This document shows, piece after piece, positions 29,516 to 43,705 of a stretch of 64,000 nucleotides of DNA. Made by a program: the position numbers and the translations under genes. The notes below the pieces were generated by a model. That model was not told where the DNA came from. It made no database searches and saw only the letters and a list, made by a program, of their open reading frames with translations. The DNA lies in assembly GCA_030674475.1 (NCBI GenBank), contig JAUSCZ010000042.1:11139-75138 (forward strand). The letters run 5' to 3'. How positions within the stretch are numbered: position 1 is the stretch's first letter; every line of letters begins with the position of its first letter. The stretch comes from Candidatus Omnitrophota bacterium. GTDB lineage: Bacteria > Omnitrophota > Gorgyraeia > Gygaellales > UBA12090.

Positions 29516-29580
29516 TAAGATTCTTCGCAGAGCTCAGAATCAAGTAAAATCTAAGCGCCAGAGGCAGATTTTACTTGACA
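29516..29580 (+). repeat. 65 bp dispersed element ending in TTGACA
   Basis: Identical reverse-complement copy at 37150-37214; internal palindrome CAAGTAAAATCT...AGATTTTACTTG. Confidence 0.9.
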
Positions 29581-29602
29581 AGAGAACACTTCGTGGTATT
29601 AT
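29575..29602 (+). promoter_or_regulatory. Putative cspA promoter
   Basis: TTGACA, 16 bp, TATTAT with TGn extension; about 200 nt leader to the cspA start. Confidence 0.55.
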
Positions 29603-29816
29603 GTTTTAAGTTAAGCAGTAAGGTGTGGTTGCGCGATAGTAAAATAAAGCAAGGAAGAGAAAGATTGAAGTTTATAGCCGTAAGGAAAAATAAGACAGCA
29701 AAACCAATCCTTACGGTTTTTTCTTTCTATCCCGCATAACCCGCCAGGGATAGATCCTCCCGGTTTATTGAAGGAAGGATCAAAATGTTAAAGGAAAGCG
29801 AGGTGTGTACAAGTAA

Positions 29817-30020
29817 ATGCCAAAAGGTAAAGTAAAATGGTTCAGCAATCAAAAGGGTTTCGGCTTCATTACTCCTGATGATAACGGTAAAGATGTGTTC
29901 GTGCATCATACCGCGATTAAGGGAGACGGCTATAAGTCTTTAGATGAAGGCCAAGCAGTCGAGTTTGAAATCACTCAGGGTCCTAAGGGCGAACAGGCGA
30001 TTAATGTGGCAAAGCTTTAG
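29817..30020 (+). CDS. cspA: Cold-shock protein
   Basis: GKVKWF, KGFGFI, DVFVH. Confidence 0.95.
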   Translation: MPKGKVKWFSNQKGFGFITPDDNGKDVFVHHTAIKGDGYKSLDEGQAVEFEITQGPKGEQAINVAKL

Positions 30021-30209
30021 TTCAGCTTTAAGATTCTGTTGGTAATCTACTAGAGGAATACACTCTTTTTCTTGGCCTGTCTGATTTTGTTAATGGTGGA
30101 TTAGGCAGGCCAAGAAAAAGAATAGTAAGGGTGGTTCTTGTGAATAATAAGAGGCACCCTTGCTTATTAAGGGTTATATTTTTTAAAAAAGAAGGGAGGT
30201 GAATAAGAA

Positions 30210-30578
30210 ATGAAGAAGGCATTTTTGGTATTGGCGGCATTATGTTTTGTTTCTTCCTTAGCCTTTGCTCAAGGGTCTAGCGGTAGTGAAACCGTGATGA
30301 TCAAGGGAGACATTATTGACAATATGTGTTTAGACGCTCATAAGACTGAGGATTTAGCTGCTTTTATAAAGACTCATTCTAAACAGTGCGCTATCACTCC
30401 TGCCTGCGAGGCCAGCGGATACGCGATCGTTGCTGAGGGAATAGTGAATAAATTTGATCAAGACAGTAACGCGAAGATTGCTGAATTCCTGAAAAAAGAA
30501 GACAGTAAACTTCAGGTAGCGGTAACCGCTCAAAAGAGCGGCGAAGTATTAAGTTTAGTTTCGGTAGAGAATCAATAG
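30210..30578 (+). CDS. Exported hypothetical protein with three Cys
   Basis: Strong RBS, signal peptide ending AFA; GDIIDNMC...CAITPAC. Confidence 0.7.
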   Translation: MKKAFLVLAALCFVSSLAFAQGSSGSETVMIKGDIIDNMCLDAHKTEDLAAFIKTHSKQCAITPACEASGYAIVAEGIVNKFDQDSNAKIAEFLKKEDSKLQVAVTAQKSGEVLSLVSVENQ

Positions 30579-30600
30579 TAGCTATTGTTAAAATAAAACG

Positions 30601-30628
30601 GAGGGCGGCTTTCGCGAGCCGCCCTCTT
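30601..30628 (+). terminator. GC-rich hairpin, probable terminator
   Basis: GAGGGCGGCT...AGCCGCCCTC. Confidence 0.5.
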
Positions 30629-30702
30629 AATTCAGCCGTGGACGACGGATTTTCGGTAAATTTTATAATTAAATATTTTCACAAAAAATTTTATTAAAAT
30701 AC

Positions 30703-30730
30703 TTGACAAATAATTTATCTATTGTATAAT
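30703..30730 (+). promoter_or_regulatory. rRNA operon promoter
   Basis: TTGACA, 16 bp, TATAAT with AT-rich UP region. Confidence 0.8.
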
Positions 30731-30863
30731 AAAAAATTACCAAAAGGAGACAGGAAAACCTGGAGCCAAATAATTTGGTAAAAATAGTGGAAGAAAAAAC
30801 CACAGCAGTTGACAATACCGGATAGATATTGAAGGACGAATAAGCGCCTTTTTAAAGATAGAT

Positions 30864-30898
30864 AAAAGCGCTCATAGATTTGTCTGAGCGCTTTTTTT
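30864..30898 (+). terminator. Terminator-like hairpin in rRNA leader
   Basis: AAAAGCGCTCA...TGAGCGCTTTTTTT. Confidence 0.6.
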
Positions 30899-30997
30899 GT
30901 TTCTTTAGAGAGCTAAAAAGATAAATTTCAATCGTTCTTTGAGAATTAAATAGCCAAGCCCACTCGTCCCGGCATTATGCCGGGCAAAGAGCTTTAT

Positions 30998-32577
<1,580 letters not shown>

Positions 32578-32799
32578 TAAAATTTTTTGGCTGTGCCAAA
32601 GATATTTTAGAATAATGTTTTAGGTTGATAGTCTAAAGCTATTAACTATTTTTAATCAGACTCGCGATAATAGGCTTTATCGTTTGGAGCTTGGCTATTT
32701 TTTATTTAACGCGAATAGACGCGGAAACTACGGGTTCGTGATTCGTGATTAGTGATTCGTGATTCAAGAACGAACCACGATACACGAACAACGAAATGC

Positions 32800-32876
32800 G
32801 GGCCCATAGCTCAGTTGGTTAGAGCACAGCCCTGATAAGACTGGGGTCAGTGGTTCGAATCCACTTGGGCCCACCA
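32800..32876 (+). tRNA. tRNA-Ile(GAT)
   Basis: Cloverleaf, anticodon loop CTGATAA, encoded CCA. Confidence 0.95.
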
Positions 32877-32989
32877 AATTTTTGCTGTGCGAAAATTTGG
32901 TAGAGCAATTGAAAATTGAACAATAGAACAAATAGAACATAATAGCTTCAGCTGCGTTCTATTTTCTATTGCTCTATTGCTCAAGACTC

Positions 32990-33062
32990 GGGGCAGTAGC
33001 TCAGCTGGGAGAGCGTCTGATTTGCATTCAGAAGGTCGGGAGTTCGAGCCTCCTCTGCTCCA
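32990..33062 (+). tRNA. tRNA-Ala(TGC)
   Basis: GGGGCAG/CTGCTCC acceptor with G3-U70, loop TTTGCAT; CCA not encoded. Confidence 0.95.
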
Positions 33063-33304
33063 CTTAAATTTTCCTTGTCGGAAAATTTAAGTGGATACTG
33101 AGCAAGCGTAAGCGGCACGACAGAGTGCCTGAGCTGAGTCGAAGTATCTTCCCCTATAAAATATAATACTAATAGTAAAACATACATTTTCTTCGCGGCC
33201 AGTCCCGCGATTGGATGTTCTTTGACAACTTAATATAATCAAGTAACAAGGAGTCTTTTCGAAAGAGAAGATTCGGGTAACAATTTGCCAAATAGAATTA
33301 AAAT

Positions 33305-36282
<2,978 letters not shown>

Positions 36283-36436
36283 TTTTATTATAACGTATAG
36301 CGTGTAGCGCGCAGCGTATAGGAAACTATCCGCTCAGCGCTGCACGCTAAACGCTAAAACATGATATAGGTTTAGTCTGTTTTATAAATGTTGTAAGTGT
36401 TATTCTGCTTGATTATACAAAGTTGTCTTATGAAAA

Positions 36437-36557
36437 TTCGGAGCATTCTTACCGGAGGGGCCACACCCGTTCCCATTCCGAACACGGTAGTTAAGACCTC
36501 CAGGGCCGATGGTACTTTAGTAGTAATGCTATGGGAGAGTAGGACGATGCTCCGGCT
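36437..36557 (+). rRNA. rrf: 5S rRNA
   Basis: CACCCGTTCCCATTCCGAACACGG, GAGAGTAGG, terminal stem CGGAGCAT/ATGCTCCG. Confidence 0.93.
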
Positions 36558-36562
36558 TGAAT

Positions 36563-36599
36563 AAAAAAACCCCCCGATATGTTTTCGGGGGGTTTTTTT
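36563..36599 (+). terminator. rRNA operon intrinsic terminator
   Basis: A-run, CCCCCCGA...TCGGGGGG stem, T7. Confidence 0.85.
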
Positions 36600-36647
36600 A
36601 TAGATAACAGATAAAACAAGTAACTGCTAAATACTTTAGCTCTTTTT

Positions 36648-37070
36648 ATGTCACCCAAGACCAAATTTATCCGGCTTAAGAAAATATTTGAAATTCTCCA
36701 TGGGCCTAAAGGCTGTCTTTGGGACAAAAAGCAGACCCATAAGACGCTTATCTCTTATCTAAAAGAAGAGACTAAGGAATTGGCGCACGCTTTAAGAAGC
36801 GGGAATTGCTGTCATATAAAAGAAGAACTGGGGGATGTGCTTTTACAGGTGATGCTTCACGCTCAGATTGCTTCTAAGGGGGGAAGCTTTGACATAGAGG
36901 ATGTGCTTGACGGATTAATCAAGAAGATAAAACGGCGTCATCCGCATGTATTTGGAAAAATAAAGGTTAAATCGGTGCGGGAAATTAAGGCTAATTGGGA
37001 AAAAATAAAGATGCGGGAGAAAAAGGACCAAACAAAAAACCCCGACTTCCTCGGGGCTTTTCGCAGGTGA
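36648..37070 (+). CDS. mazG: MazG nucleotide pyrophosphohydrolase domain protein (single domain)
   Basis: GCLWDKKQT, EELGDVLLQV, RRHPHVF. Confidence 0.88.
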   Translation: MSPKTKFIRLKKIFEILHGPKGCLWDKKQTHKTLISYLKEETKELAHALRSGNCCHIKEELGDVLLQVMLHAQIASKGGSFDIEDVLDGLIKKIKRRHPHVFGKIKVKSVREIKANWEKIKMREKKDQTKNPDFLGAFRR

Positions 37071-37121
37071 TAGGCCTAATTGCTTTCGCTATTATCCGCC
37101 TCCTGTTTATCACTTATCTCT
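37032..37121 (-). ncRNA. Candidate small RNA (about 90 nt)
   Basis: Minus-strand TTGACA-16-TAAACT promoter, GAAA-capped hairpin, terminator GCCCCGA...TCGGGG-T6; no ATG. Confidence 0.4.
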
Positions 37122-37149
37122 AATTTAAGTTTACCACATTTTTACAAAA

Positions 37150-37214
37150 TGTCAAGTAAAATCTGCCTCTGGCGCTTAGATTTTACTTGATTCTGAGCTC
37201 TGCGAAGAATCTTA
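37150..37214 (-). repeat. Second copy of 65 bp TTGACA-ended element
   Basis: Exact reverse complement of 29516-29580; a degenerate third copy with an inserted CCTGCCTGCCGGCAGGCAGG follows at about 37220-37290. Confidence 0.9.
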
Positions 37215-37421
37215 AAAGAGAATCTGCCTCTTGAGCGCTAAAGATTTTACTTGCCTGCCTGCCGGCAGGCAGGATTCTAAAGCTATGTGAAGAGATCCTT
37301 CGCAACCAGAAGAAATAGAGGATTGCTCAGGATTAATTCGCTTAGTAGAACTTCCGCAAGATTAGAGAATGAGGGCGAATTAAATCTTATCAAATATAAT
37401 TTTCTATGCTATCAAGGGTAG

Positions 37422-37910
37422 ATGATAAAAATAAATAATAAGCTCATTAAACAGGTGGCGCGCAAGGCTAAAATAGCTCCCCGTAAAAGGATTAATTATA
37501 ATTTTCATCAAGATTATAATGAGGGCATCCAGCGTATTTTAAACGCGGCAGATACTCAAACCTATGTCCGTCCTCATAAGCACGAGGCTCCGGATAAGAC
37601 CGAAATATTCATTATTCTCAAGGGAAGAGTTTTGTGCGTGGAGTTTGATGATGCCGGAAAGATTACAGACCACCTTTTTTTAGACGCCGTAAAGGGTAAT
37701 TTCGGAGTTGAGATTAAGCCCGGCACCTGGCATTCTTTTATCAGCTTAAAAAATGGTTCCTGCGTGTATGAGATAAAGGAAGGGCCGTATGATTCTAAAG
37801 TGGATAAGCAATTCGCCCCCTGGTCGCCCAGCGAAGATGACCTAGAGGCCGGCCGGCGTTTTAACCGGAAGATTGTTACTCAGTTAAAGAGCAAAACTGC
37901 TTCGCGGTAA
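37422..37910 (+). CDS. WbuC-family cupin protein
   Basis: RKRINYNFH, YVRPHKH, GTWHS, EIKEGPY, FAPW. Confidence 0.85.
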   Translation: MIKINNKLIKQVARKAKIAPRKRINYNFHQDYNEGIQRILNAADTQTYVRPHKHEAPDKTEIFIILKGRVLCVEFDDAGKITDHLFLDAVKGNFGVEIKPGTWHSFISLKNGSCVYEIKEGPYDSKVDKQFAPWSPSEDDLEAGRRFNRKIVTQLKSKTASR

Positions 37911-38028
37911 AAATATTGTTTACAACTTATTGAAAACGGTATATAATTTATTTTAATAATCGGGAAAAACACAAAATAAATGTTTTGTCATTTGGGTTTT
38001 GTCATTTGAATTTAACATAGGAGGATTG

Positions 38029-38508
38029 ATGAAAAGAAATTTTTTTCGCGGAACTTTCATTGTCGTAGGCATATTTTTAATTTCCGGATGCAGCCAACAG
38101 GCCCAGAAGCCGGCTGATACCGTTATTCCGTCTCAAGAAGGAGCGCTTTCCAATACTACAACCGGTTCTCTTTCAGCTCAGCCGAAGGATTTGGTAATTG
38201 AAACTCAGCCGATTCAGGTTCCGGCGGCACCCTTGGGCGGACTTGAGGTTAAGCCGCAGGTTGAATACGCGGGCGCTGAGGAGTTGGGTGACCTGTTTGT
38301 TAAGCCGACTGAAAAAGAAATTCAACAGGCCCTGAAGAACGCCGGCCTTTATGATGGGGAAGTAGATGGTAAAATCGGCCCCAGAAGTAAAAGGGCCATT
38401 GAGGAATTTCAGGCCCAGAATAATTTAAAGGCTGACGGTAAAGTCGGTTCTAAAACCTGGCAGAAGCTGAAAGAGCATCTTAACGCGGAGCCCATGGCCG
38501 CGGAGTAA
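38029..38508 (+). CDS. Lipoprotein with C-terminal peptidoglycan-binding domain
   Basis: AGGAGG RBS, lipobox ISGC, IQQALKNAGLY..VDGKIGP..FQ..NNLKADGKVG. Confidence 0.85.
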   Translation: MKRNFFRGTFIVVGIFLISGCSQQAQKPADTVIPSQEGALSNTTTGSLSAQPKDLVIETQPIQVPAAPLGGLEVKPQVEYAGAEELGDLFVKPTEKEIQQALKNAGLYDGEVDGKIGPRSKRAIEEFQAQNNLKADGKVGSKTWQKLKEHLNAEPMAAE

Positions 38509-38631
38509 GTCAAATTTTTCAGGTAAGGTAATTTAAGAAGGCCGTGTTTAAAAGGAGAAAGTATCCTTTAAGGCGCGGCCTTTGTTTTGCGCTGGACAGC
38601 CTGAGCTGGCTAATGTATAATCCATTACAGA

Positions 38632-40773
38632 ATGCGTAAAGACATTTTAGGGGATATTCGTTATTTAAAAGGCGTGGGTCTTAAGCGGGCGGCGCTTTTT
38701 AATAAGTTGGAAATCAGCTTAATTGAAGATCTGCTCTATTATTTCCCTCGCCGTTATGAAGATAGGACTGTAATTACCGATATCGGCAGTCTCGCCCCGG
38801 GAGAATATCAGACAGTGAGGGCAAGAATTATTAGAGTCAAAGAGCGCCCTGTTTTTAGGCAGAGAGGTTTTAGGATTTTTGAGGCTGTGGCGGAGGATTC
38901 AACCGGGAGGCTGTCCTGTGTCTGGTTTAATCAGCCGTATTTAAAAAACTATATTATGATTGATAGGGAGGTTATGCTTTTTGGCAAGGTCGGCCTTTAC
39001 GGGAACAGCCCGCAAATGCAGAATCCGGAATATGAAGTTATGAGTTCGCGCTCATCAGACGGGGCAGAACCAAATGGTCAATCGAACGACAGTCTTAATT
39101 CCGCCAGGATAATTCCGGTTTATTCCCTGATCGAGGGTTTAAGCCAAAGGATGTTTAGGCGCCTTATAAAAACCTGCCTGGATGAGTATCTGCCCGGAAT
39201 TATAGATATCCTGCCTTATGACATCAGACAACGTAATCATTTGCTCAACATAGCTTCGGCAGTCCTGAATATGCATTTTCCTCAGGATGCCCTTCGCCAG
39301 GAAGAGGCCTATAAGAGGATTATCTTTGAAGAGTGTTTCTTGATGCAGTTGATTTTTGGCCTTAAACGTTATAAGGCGGATAAAATAATAGGAACCGCCC
39401 ACAGGCTGAATGAGGATTTTTTAAAGAGCTTTGAGGAGGGTCTGTCTTTTAAATTAACTGATTCTCAAGATAAGTCAATAGCCCAGATAAAGAAAGATAT
39501 GTCTTCCCCTAATCCGATGTACCGGCTTCTGGAGGGAGATGTCGGCTGTGGTAAAACCATAGTGGCTTTATATGGCTGTATGATTTCAGTATCCAACGGC
39601 GCGCAGGCGGCCTTTATGGCTCCCACTGAAATTCTGGCCCAACAGCACTTTCGGGTTATCAGCCATCAGCTTTCGGCTCTCTCCGCCGCAGGCGGATGCG
39701 CCTACGGCGCAAGCCATCGGCTAAAGGCAGGGCTCCTGACCAGCAGTGTGCCATTAAAGGAAAAACAAAAAATATATAATGAAATAAAAAATGGGACGAT
39801 AGATATACTTGTGGGAACCCACGCCTTGCTTCAGGAGGAGGTGGAATTTAAAGATTTAAGTTTGGTGGTGATAGATGAACAGCATAAGTTCGGAGTGTAT
39901 CAGAGAATGGGCCTGCTGACCAAGGGTCTTAATCCGGATTGTTTGATTATGACCGCGACCCCGATACCGCGCACCCTGGCTTTGACTATTTATTCTGATT
40001 TAGACATTTCCACTATTGATGAGCTTCCTTCCGGGAGAATCCCGGTTAAAACTTATCTGGCCGGCGAAGATAGGCGGGGGTGGGTGTATGATTTTATCCG
40101 CCAGAGCCTTCAATCCGGCCGTCAGGCTTATATCGTATACCCAATAATTGATGAGTCAGAAAGATTGGAGCTGAAATCAGCCAAGGCGATGCATAAAGAC
40201 CTGAAGAAAAATATTTTTAGCGATTTTAAGGTAGGGCTTATCCACGGGAAGATGAAACAGAAAGAGCGGGATAAGGTTATGGCCTCTTTTAGAAAGGGCG
40301 AGATTGATCTTTTGGTTTCTACCGTGGTGATTGAGGTGGGCATAGACGTGGCTAACGCCTCGGTGATGGTCATCGAGCATGCCGAGAGATTCGGCTTATC
40401 CCAATTGCATCAACTGCGCGGCAGGATAGGAAGGGGAACACACCAGTCGCATTGTATTTTGATTAGTGATGCCGCCGGCGATGAATCCGGACAAAGGTTA
40501 AAGGTAATGGTTGAAGAGTCTGACGGTTTTAAGATTGCCGAACGGGATTTGGAAATCCGGGGGCCGGGTGAGTTTTTTGGGGCGCGCCAGCACGGCATAC
40601 CGGAACTCAGGGTTAATCCTCTGGAGAATATGGAGTTGCTGCAGGCGGCTAAAAAAGAAGCCGATGCCTTAATCAAAAAGGATCCTCGGCTTGGCCTTAG
40701 GCAGAATACGGGATTAGCTGATATCTTACAGAGAAGATTCCCGGATTATGAAAAAATAGCCGAAGCCGGATAG
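38632..40773 (+). CDS. recG: ATP-dependent DNA helicase RecG
   Basis: GDVGCGKT, DEQHKFG, MTATPIPRT, QLRGRIGRG, RGPGE. Confidence 0.96.
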   Translation: MRKDILGDIRYLKGVGLKRAALFNKLEISLIEDLLYYFPRRYEDRTVITDIGSLAPGEYQTVRARIIRVKERPVFRQRGFRIFEAVAEDSTGRLSCVWFNQPYLKNYIMIDREVMLFGKVGLYGNSPQMQNPEYEVMSSRSSDGAEPNGQSNDSLNSARIIPVYSLIEGLSQRMFRRLIKTCLDEYLPGIIDILPYDIRQRNHLLNIASAVLNMHFPQDALRQEEAYKRIIFEECFLMQLIFGLKRYKADKIIGTAHRLNEDFLKSFEEGLSFKLTDSQDKSIAQIKKDMSSPNPMYRLLEGDVGCGKTIVALYGCMISVSNGAQAAFMAPTEILAQQHFRVISHQLSALSAAGGCAYGASHRLKAGLLTSSVPLKEKQKIYNEIKNGTIDILVGTHALLQEEVEFKDLSLVVIDEQHKFGVYQRMGLLTKGLNPDCLIMTATPIPRTLALTIYSDLDISTIDELPSGRIPVKTYLAGEDRRGWVYDFIRQSLQSGRQAYIVYPIIDESERLELKSAKAMHKDLKKNIFSDFKVGLIHGKMKQKERDKVMASFRKGEIDLLVSTVVIEVGIDVANASVMVIEHAERFGLSQLHQLRGRIGRGTHQSHCILISDAAGDESGQRLKVMVEESDGFKIAERDLEIRGPGEFFGARQHGIPELRVNPLENMELLQAAKKEADALIKKDPRLGLRQNTGLADILQRRFPDYEKIAEAG

Positions 40774-40779
40774 GTGGAT

Positions 40780-41496
40780 ATGAATATCTTAGCCATAGAC
40801 ACATCTTCAAAATACTTTTATTTGGCCATAGCCGAAGACGATAAAATAAAGGTCAATATTTGTCCGCCCTCAGGAAGGGAATTGAGCCGGATGATAATTC
40901 CCCTCATTGAGCGAGCCTTGAAAAAAGCAAGATTATCTTTAAAAGATATTGATTGTTTTGCCTGTGGTTTAGGGCCGGGGTCTTTTACCGGCCTGAGGGT
41001 AGGGTTGGCCGTGATTAAAGGGTTTGCTTTTTCTTTAAATAAGCCGGTGGTGGGGATAATCAGCTTAGATTGTTTAGCCGGCTCTCAGTCGGATTTTCCG
41101 GGTTATGTCTGTCCGATTGTGGATGCCCGGCGTTCTTTGGTATATTCGGCAATTTACCGCGCGAAAAATGGAATCCTGAAGCGCGAGGGCCGGTATTTGT
41201 TGGTGCCCTTAAAAGAGTTATTTGCTAAGCTTAAAGGCCGGGCTAATATTATCTTTCTGGGTGACGGACTTTCTCTCTACCGCGACGACATTAAGAAGGA
41301 ATTTGGCTTAAGGGCTCATTTTGCCGATGAGGGTTTTTGGTATCCCAGGCCGGAAAATCTTTTAAAACTGGCCAGGGAAAAGATAAGGAATAGAGAGATC
41401 GCTGATTTAGATAAGCTCGTCCCATTTTATATGTATCCCAAGGAATGTCAAATAAAGGAAAAAGTGAAAAGTGAAAAGGGAGAAGTTAGAGGTTAG
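40780..41496 (+). CDS. tsaB: tRNA threonylcarbamoyladenosine biosynthesis protein TsaB
   Basis: ILAIDTS, GPGSFTGLRVG, DARR. Confidence 0.93.
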   Translation: MNILAIDTSSKYFYLAIAEDDKIKVNICPPSGRELSRMIIPLIERALKKARLSLKDIDCFACGLGPGSFTGLRVGLAVIKGFAFSLNKPVVGIISLDCLAGSQSDFPGYVCPIVDARRSLVYSAIYRAKNGILKREGRYLLVPLKELFAKLKGRANIIFLGDGLSLYRDDIKKEFGLRAHFADEGFWYPRPENLLKLAREKIRNREIADLDKLVPFYMYPKECQIKEKVKSEKGEVRG

Positions 41497-41504
41497 GGAA
41501 AGAT

Positions 41505-42617
41505 ATGAAACATTATCGTCCGACCTGGGCGGAAATAAATTTAAGAAATCTGGATTATAATTTCAGATTAGTTAAGAAGCTGGTGGGTCCGAAGGTAAAG
41601 ATCTTGGTTCCGGTTAAGGCGGATGCCTACGGCCACGGGATAATCGCTATTTCTAAAAGATTGGAAAAATTAGGCGCGGATTATCTGGGGGTGGCCAGTA
41701 TTGATGAGGGGATAATCCTGCGCCGTAACGGAATTAAAAGGCCTATTCTTATACTTAGCCCGATTTTCCCTGACGGGGTCCAGGCGTTATTAAAGCATAA
41801 TTTAATCCCCTCTGTGTGCACTTGGGAGCTGGCCTTAAAGCTGAACCGGCAGGCCGCCAGAAGAAATCAGAAGGTAGTTATTCATATCAAAGTAGATACC
41901 GGGATGCAGCGCATCGGCATAGCCCATCACAGCGCCCGCAAGTTTATCCACCAGGTCTCGGGGCTTAAGAATATTCTCATTGAAGGGATATTTACCCATT
42001 TTCCCTGCGCGGACAATAAACCGGTCTTTACCCGTGAGCAGATAAGGATGTTTGAGGCCTTGATTCGGCAAGTAGAGAAAGAAGGAATTCATATTCCCTT
42101 AAAGCACGCCTCTAACAGTTTAGGAGTGCTGGATTATCCTGCTGGGCATTTTAATATGGTCAGGCCCGGCTTGATGATTTACGGCTTGTATCCTAAGGAG
42201 CGGTTAAAGAGTAAACTAAAGCCGGTTTTAAGCCTCAAGACCAGGGTTTCTTATCTTAAGGCGGTGGCTAAGGGTTCAGGTATAAGCTATGGCCACACCT
42301 ATATCGCCAAAAGAAAAATGAAAATCGCCACCCTGCCCATAGGTTATGGTGATGGCTATCCCCGCAGCCTTTCTAATCAGGCGCATTGTCTTATCGGCGG
42401 GGAAAAAGCAAAGATTGTAGGAAGAATCTGTATGGATCAGCTTATGGTGGATGTAACCAGGATAAAAAAAGTAAGGACAGGAGATCCAGCGGTGCTGGTG
42501 GGATTTCAAAAGACTAAGAGTGTTAGTGTGGAGGATTTAGCAAAACTTGCCGGAACCATTTCTTATGAGATTGTCTGTGGTCTGGGAAATCGCCTGCCCC
42601 GGATATATATCGGTTAA
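41505..42617 (+). CDS. alr: Alanine racemase
   Basis: VKADAYGHG, KVDTGMQRIG, GYGDG, GRICMDQ. Confidence 0.96.
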   Translation: MKHYRPTWAEINLRNLDYNFRLVKKLVGPKVKILVPVKADAYGHGIIAISKRLEKLGADYLGVASIDEGIILRRNGIKRPILILSPIFPDGVQALLKHNLIPSVCTWELALKLNRQAARRNQKVVIHIKVDTGMQRIGIAHHSARKFIHQVSGLKNILIEGIFTHFPCADNKPVFTREQIRMFEALIRQVEKEGIHIPLKHASNSLGVLDYPAGHFNMVRPGLMIYGLYPKERLKSKLKPVLSLKTRVSYLKAVAKGSGISYGHTYIAKRKMKIATLPIGYGDGYPRSLSNQAHCLIGGEKAKIVGRICMDQLMVDVTRIKKVRTGDPAVLVGFQKTKSVSVEDLAKLAGTISYEIVCGLGNRLPRIYIG

Positions 42618-43705
42618 GCGGCCTCTTGAATCATTTTTAACGCGGCGATAGAAAATCCTATCGGCGCGATCCAGGCGGATAGAAAGGGAAAGAGCATCCC
42701 GGATTTGCCCAGGGCCAGGCTTATTCCGGTAAGCACGTAGTATAAGAAGCTGATTCCGACGCAGATGCCGAAGGAGCTGAAGATGTTGGCGCGTTTACGA
42801 ATTGTAAAAGAAAACGGAATCCCGATTAATATCAGTATCAGGCTGGAGAATGACGAGGCGTATCTTTGGTGGAGCTCAACCAGCAGATTTCTCACCGCGG
42901 GCATTGCCCCGCTTTTCCTGAGCTTCCAGATATAATCTTCAAGCTGGGCTATAGTCATCAACTCCTGATGTTTTTTCTGCTGAAGAAAATCCTGGGGGGT
43001 TTCGGTGATATCCGTAATCTCTTCCTGGCGGTATATGGCGTCATCTGATACTTGGCCCTGGGCGTCAAAATTGAGCCGGTTAAATTCATAGAAAAACCAG
43101 AGTTTGTCTTTATAATCGCCTCGCCTGGCGGTTATCTTAGCAATAAGATTCTGCTGATTATCATGCTCAAGTATGGTTATGCCCTCCATGGTGTTGGTTT
43201 TACTGTCAAAAGAGTTTATGAAGAACAGCCGGTTTTCCAGTCCGTAAAAAGTAAGGTTATGAATCACTTCTTTAGGGCCGCTATTTTTTTCTCCATCCAG
43301 GGTCTTCTTCATTCTATCGGCGTTTAAACGCGCCGCGGGAATTATTTTTTCATTCGTCGAAAATATCAGGATACTCAAGGATAATCCGATGGCTATGCTG
43401 GGGGCGCATATCTGCCAGAGGCTTAAGCCTGATGAGCGCATAGCAACGAGTTCGTTGTCGCGGTTTAGTTTGCCAAAGACGTATATGGTTGAAAGTAAAA
43501 GAGCTATTGGCGCGGTCTGAGTAGCAATGATGGGTAGGCTGGCCAGGTAATAGTGATACATAAAAGTGAGCCCCACATGGTGTTTCAGGATGTCATCCAG
43601 CCGGCTTAAGGCGTCGGAGATTATATACAGGAAGATAAATATAAAGAGGCATCCCAGAAACGCGCTCACCAGGGGTTTTATGATATAACGGTCTAAGATA
43701 CGCAT
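42614..43705 (-). CDS. lptG: LPS export permease LptG
   Basis: ILDRYI, NELVAMRSSG, 3+3 TM layout; follows lptF. Confidence 0.85.
   Translation of the reverse strand: MRILDRYIIKPLVSAFLGCLFIFIFLYIISDALSRLDDILKHHVGLTFMYHYYLASLPIIATQTAPIALLLSTIYVFGKLNRDNELVAMRSSGLSLWQICAPSIAIGLSLSILIFSTNEKIIPAARLNADRMKKTLDGEKNSGPKEVIHNLTFYGLENRLFFINSFDSKTNTMEGITILEHDNQQNLIAKITARRGDYKDKLWFFYEFNRLNFDAQGQVSDDAIYRQEEITDITETPQDFLQQKKHQELMTIAQLEDYIWKLRKSGAMPAVRNLLVELHQRYASSFSSLILILIGIPFSFTIRKRANIFSSFGICVGISFLYYVLTGISLALGKSGMLFPFLSAWIAPIGFSIAALKMIQEAA

Noticed and set aside
29676-29728. Hairpin plus T-run in the cspA leader as a riboswitch
   Set aside because: No recognisable aptamer; long structured leaders are normal for cspA.
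32827-32843. C-A mismatch in the tRNA-Ile anticodon stem
   Set aside because: A single mismatch in an otherwise canonical tRNA is not enough to call a pseudogene or editing.
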